Part shown: piece after piece, positions 36,295-40,260 of the stretch
How positions within the stretch are numbered: position 1 is the first letter of the stretch
Layout of the letters: each line of letters starts with the position of its first letter
DNA from: Nemertoderma westbladi
Lineage: Eukaryota > Animalia > Xenacoelomorpha
Reading direction: 5' to 3'
Length of the DNA: 40,260 bases
NCBI GenBank assembly: GCA_032718475.1
Contig: JAUCBJ010000747.1
Coordinates: forward strand, 1 to 40,260
The notes under the pieces: generated by a model
Told to the model about the DNA's origin: nothing
What the model saw: only the letters and a program-made list of their open reading frames with translations
Database searches by the model: none
Position numbers and translations under genes: made by a program

Positions 36295-39215
36295 TTAGAA
36301 ACTTGCGTTCTGTATATATTGTGGTAATTAGACATTAGTGAAGTCTTGTGGTAATTAGACACTGAGTATTAATAACTACCGTACTGTATATTGTAGTAAT
36401 TAGACACTTCCATTCTGTACATTGTGGTAATTAGATGCAGTGTAGTCTTGTGGTAAATAGACACTTGAGTTCTGTATATTGTGGTATTAGACAGTTAGAT
36501 GCTATTGTAAAATAATATTGTGGTAATTAGATGCAGTGTAGTCTTGTGGTAAATAGACACTTGAGTTCTGTATATTGTGGTAATTAGATGCCATTGTAAA
36601 ATAATATTGTGGTAATTAGATGCAGTGTAGTCTTGTGGTAAATAGACACTTGAGTTCTGTATATTGTGGTAATTAGACTGCCATTGTAAAATAATATTGT
36701 GGTAATTAGATGCAGTGTAGTCTTGTGGTAAATAGACACTTGAGTTCTGTATATTGTGGTAATTAGACAGTTAGATGCCATTGTAAAATAATATTGTGGT
36801 AATTAGATGCAGTGTAGTCTTGTGGTAAATAGACACTTGAGTTCTGTATATTGTGGTAATTAGATGCCAATGTAAAATAATATTGTGGTAATTAGATGCA
36901 GTGTAGTCTTGTGGTAAATAGACACTTGAGTTCTGTATATTGTGGTAATTAGATGCCATTGTAAAATAATATTGTGGTAATTAGATGCAGTGTAGTCTTG
37001 TGGTAAATAGACACTTGAGTTCTGTATATTGTGGTAATTAGATGCCATTGTAAAATAATATTGTGGTAATTAGATGCAGTGTAGTCTTGTGGTAAATAGA
37101 CACTTGCGTTCTATATATTGTGGTAATTAGATGCCAATGTAAAATAATATTGTGGTAATTAGATGCAGTGTAGTCTTGTGGTAAATAGACACTTGAGTTC
37201 TGTATATTGTGGTAATTAGATGCCAATGTAAAATAATATTGTGGTAATTAGATGCAGTGTAGTCTTGTGGTAAATAGACACTTGAGTTCTGTATATTGTG
37301 GTAATTAGATGCCATTGTAAAATAATATTGTGGTAATTAGATGCAGTGTAGTCTTGTGGTAAATAGACACTTGAGTTCTGTATATTGTGGTTAGGGTTCG
37401 ATCGGTGCACCGGCACCGGCACCGGTATTGCCGGTGTTTGGCACCACCGGCACCGGCACCTGCACCGGCAAAAACATTGCCGGTGCCGGTGTTTTTTAAA
37501 ATGATTGGCTGCTGTTAAAATTGAAGCCTACTGCAGTACCGGTACTGCAGACAGCCTGGCTAAGCTATCAGTCAGCTACAAGGCAGCAAGGCTATATGTA
37601 GCTGTTTGACTGTCTGTCTACTGGTCTAGCAGTCTACAGGTCTAGTGACTTGACTAGTGGTAGGGTAGCCCAGAATCATAACGCCTTACTTAGTGTAAAA
37701 CTGATACACTATGTTATTTCTGTATTTTATGTAATAGGCCTATATAAATACTGTAGGCCTACTGTAACTGTACACATATAATTTTAATGCAATCGTTTTA
37801 TTTAAACTTTTATATTCATTTTATTGTAAATCTAAACCATTTTATATAAATGCGTGACATCATAATTTTACAGTATTGTAGAATTGTACGTACTTGTTGC
37901 TCTGCTGCTGTACCCGTGTGCTGGACAGCTGGGTTAAGTTATTACAATATTAATTCAGAAATTGATCAGTACATAGTCGGCCAGCTACTGAGCTACTGTA
38001 CCTTCTGTCAATCTGTGACTGTGGAACTTTACTGCATCACTGCCTCATTTCTGCATTTCATTAGGTGACAGGGTTAGGTGTGCGTGTGGCCTAATGTAAT
38101 GATTACACAAAAATGTATATTATTTCGTTTTCAAATAGAATTACGCCAAATTTGCCCAACATTTAAAAACACCGGCACCGGCACCTGCACCGGCATTTAC
38201 AATGTGACACCGGCACCGGCACCGGCACCGGCAAAATTTTGGCACCGATCGAACCCTAATTGTGGTAATTAGACAGTTACATGCCATTGTAAAATAATAT
38301 TGTGGTAATTAGATGCAGTGTAGTCTTGTGGTAAATAGACACTTGCGTTCTATATATTGTGGTAATTAGATGCCAATGTAAAATAATATTGTGGTAATTA
38401 GATGCAGTGTAGTCTTGTGGTAAATAGACACTTGAGTTCTGTAAATTGTGGTAATTAGATGCCAATGTAAAATAATATTGTGGTAATTAGATGCAGTGTA
38501 GTCTTGTGGTAAATAGACACTTGAGTTCTGTATATTGCAGTATTGTGGTAATTAGATGCCAATGTAAAATAATATTGTGGTAATTAGATGCAGTGTAGTC
38601 TTGTGGTAAATAGACACTTGAGTTCTGTATATTGTGGTAATTAGATGCCATTGTAAAATAATATTGTGGTAATTAGATGCAGTGTAGTCTTGTGGTAAAT
38701 AGATACTTGCGTTCTATATATTGTGGTAATTAGATGCCAATGTAAAATAATATTGTGGTAATTAGATGCAGTGTAGTCTTGTGGTAAATAGACACTTGAG
38801 TTCTGTATATTGTGGTAATTAGATGCCAATGTAAAATAATATTGTGTTAATTAGATGCAGTGTAGTCTTGTGGTAAATAGACACTTGAGTTCTGTATATT
38901 GTGGTAATTAGACACCATTGTAAAATAATATTGTGGTAATTAGATGCAGTGTAGTCTTGTGGTAAATAGACACTTGCGTTCTATATATTGTGGTAATTAG
39001 ATGCCAATGTAAAATAATATTGTGGTAATTAGATGCAGTGTAGTCTTGTGGTAAATAGACACTTGAGTTCTGTATATTGTGGTAATTAGATGCCAATGTA
39101 AAATAATATTGTGGTAATTAGATGCAGTGTAGTCTTGTGGTAAATAGACACTTGAGTTATGTATATTGTGGTAATTAGATGCCATTGTAAAATAATATTG
39201 TGGTAATTAGATGCC
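36295..39215 (-). repeat. 89-bp tandem repeat array (right arm, inverted)
   Basis: Reverse complement of the left-arm unit. Confidence 0.95.
37392..38258. mobile_element. hAT-type MITE inserted in the satellite
   Basis: Inverted termini tagggttcgatcggtgc / gcaccgatcgaacccta with (caccgg)n subterminal repeats. 8-bp TSD ATTGTGGT at 37384-37391 and 38259-38266. Confidence 0.92.
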
Positions 39216-39318
39216 TCTATCGAATTGTTGGGGTAGATTGTGGTAGATTGTGGTAGGTTGGGGTAGATTGTGGTAGATTGTGGTAGGTTGGGGTAGGTTG
39301 GGGTAATTAGTAGGACCC

Positions 39319-40190
39319 GTTTTTGTGTGTTTTTGTTTGTTTTTGTGTGTTCTTGTTTGTTTTTGTTTGTTTTTGTTTGTTTTTGTGTGTTTTTGTTTGT
39401 TTTTGTGTGTTTTTGTTTGTTTTGTGTGTTTTTGTGTGAATTGTATGTTTTTGTGTGAATTGTATGTTTTTGTGTGTTTCTGTTTGTTTTTGTGTGTTTT
39501 TGTTTGTTTTTGTGTGTTTTGTTTCTTTATGTGTCTTTTGTTTGTTTTGTGTGTTTTGTTTGCTTTTGTTTGTGTGTTTTTGTTTATTTGTGTTTGTTTT
39601 TATGTTTGTTTTGTTTGCTTTTGTTGGTGTGTTTTTGTTTATTTGTGTTTGTTTTTATGTTTGTTTTGTTTGCTTTTGTTTGTTTTTGTGTGTTTTTGTT
39701 TGTTTTGTGTGTTTTTGTGTGAATTGTATGTTTTTGTGTGAATTGTATGTTTTTGTGTGTTTCTGTTTGTTTTTGTGTGTTTCTGTTTGTTTTTGTGTGT
39801 TTTTTGTTTGTTTTTGTGTGTTTTGTTTGTTTTTGTTTGTTTGTGTGTGTTTTTGTTTGTTTTTGTTTATTTATGTTTGTTTTGTTTGCTTTTGTTTGTT
39901 TTTCTGTGTGTTTTTGTTTATTTGTTTTTGTGTGTTTTTGTTTGTTTTTGTGAGTTTATGTTTGTTTTATGTGTTTTCGTTTCTTTTTGTATGTTTTGTA
40001 TGTTTTTATTTGTTTTTGTGTGTTTTATTTGTTTTTGTGTGTTTTTGTTTGTTTTTGTGTGTTTTTGTTTGTTTTTGTGTGTTTTTGTTTATTTTGTGTG
40101 TTTTGTATGTTTTTATTTGTTTTTGTGTGTTTTATTTGTTTTTGTTTGTTTTTGTGTGTTCTTGTATGTTTTGTTTGTTTTTCTGTGCTT
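39319..40190. repeat. T/G-rich degenerate simple-repeat tract, right part
   Basis: Continuation of the 29550-29861 tract beyond the foldback insertion. Confidence 0.9.
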
Positions 40191-40260
40191 TGTATTGACC
40201 CACTTCCCATTGATTTATTGACCTACTTTATCGGCCAATTTTATGAATATAATACTTATA

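Larger units (their letters stand above)
29862..39318. mobile_element. ~9.5-kb foldback (MULE/FB-like) element with satellite-containing inverted arms
   Basis: Termini cggtcctactaattaccccaacctacc / ggtaggttggggtaattagtaggaccc. Left arm 29862-34307 is inverted relative to right arm 35995-39318. 9-bp flanking duplication GTTTTTGTG at 29853-29861 and 39319-39327. Confidence 0.88.

Noticed and set aside
30092-39185. Many 62-aa ORFs (MASNYHNIQNSS...)
   Set aside because: They are translations of the 89-bp repeat, whose period is not a multiple of 3.
29965-39215. CRISPR-like pattern (constant TCTAATTACCACAA core with intervening segments)
   Set aside because: The intervening segments are short and repeat identically every 89 bp, there are no cas genes, and the context is eukaryotic. 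It is a satellite.
39325-40221. Long F/V/C/L-rich ORFs
   Set aside because: They result from stop-free T/G simple repeat, not from genes.

Overview
AT-rich, repeat-saturated eukaryotic DNA, most likely from an invertebrate animal; the taxon cannot be fixed from sequence alone. The only host-type genes are two paralogous, apparently intronless C2H2 zinc-finger array genes on the minus strand: one at 698-2059 that is disrupted and runs off the window start, and one intact at 17231-18823. The rest is nested mobile DNA: three copies of one RTE-like LINE, a decayed Bel/Pao LTR retrotransposon plus a separate Pao-like gag remnant, a near-complete CRE-clade RT+RLE retrotransposon in an (AGGTT)n site, many MITEs, SINE-like pieces, and a ~9.5 kb foldback element whose inverted arms are 89-bp satellite arrays. 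The most unusual signal is a recurrent 8-bp insertion scar (5-bp duplication with a CAG filler), confirmed at five independent sites by comparing repeat copies within the window. Coordinates were read by eye and may be off by a few bases. Family assignments rest on motif recognition, not database searches.
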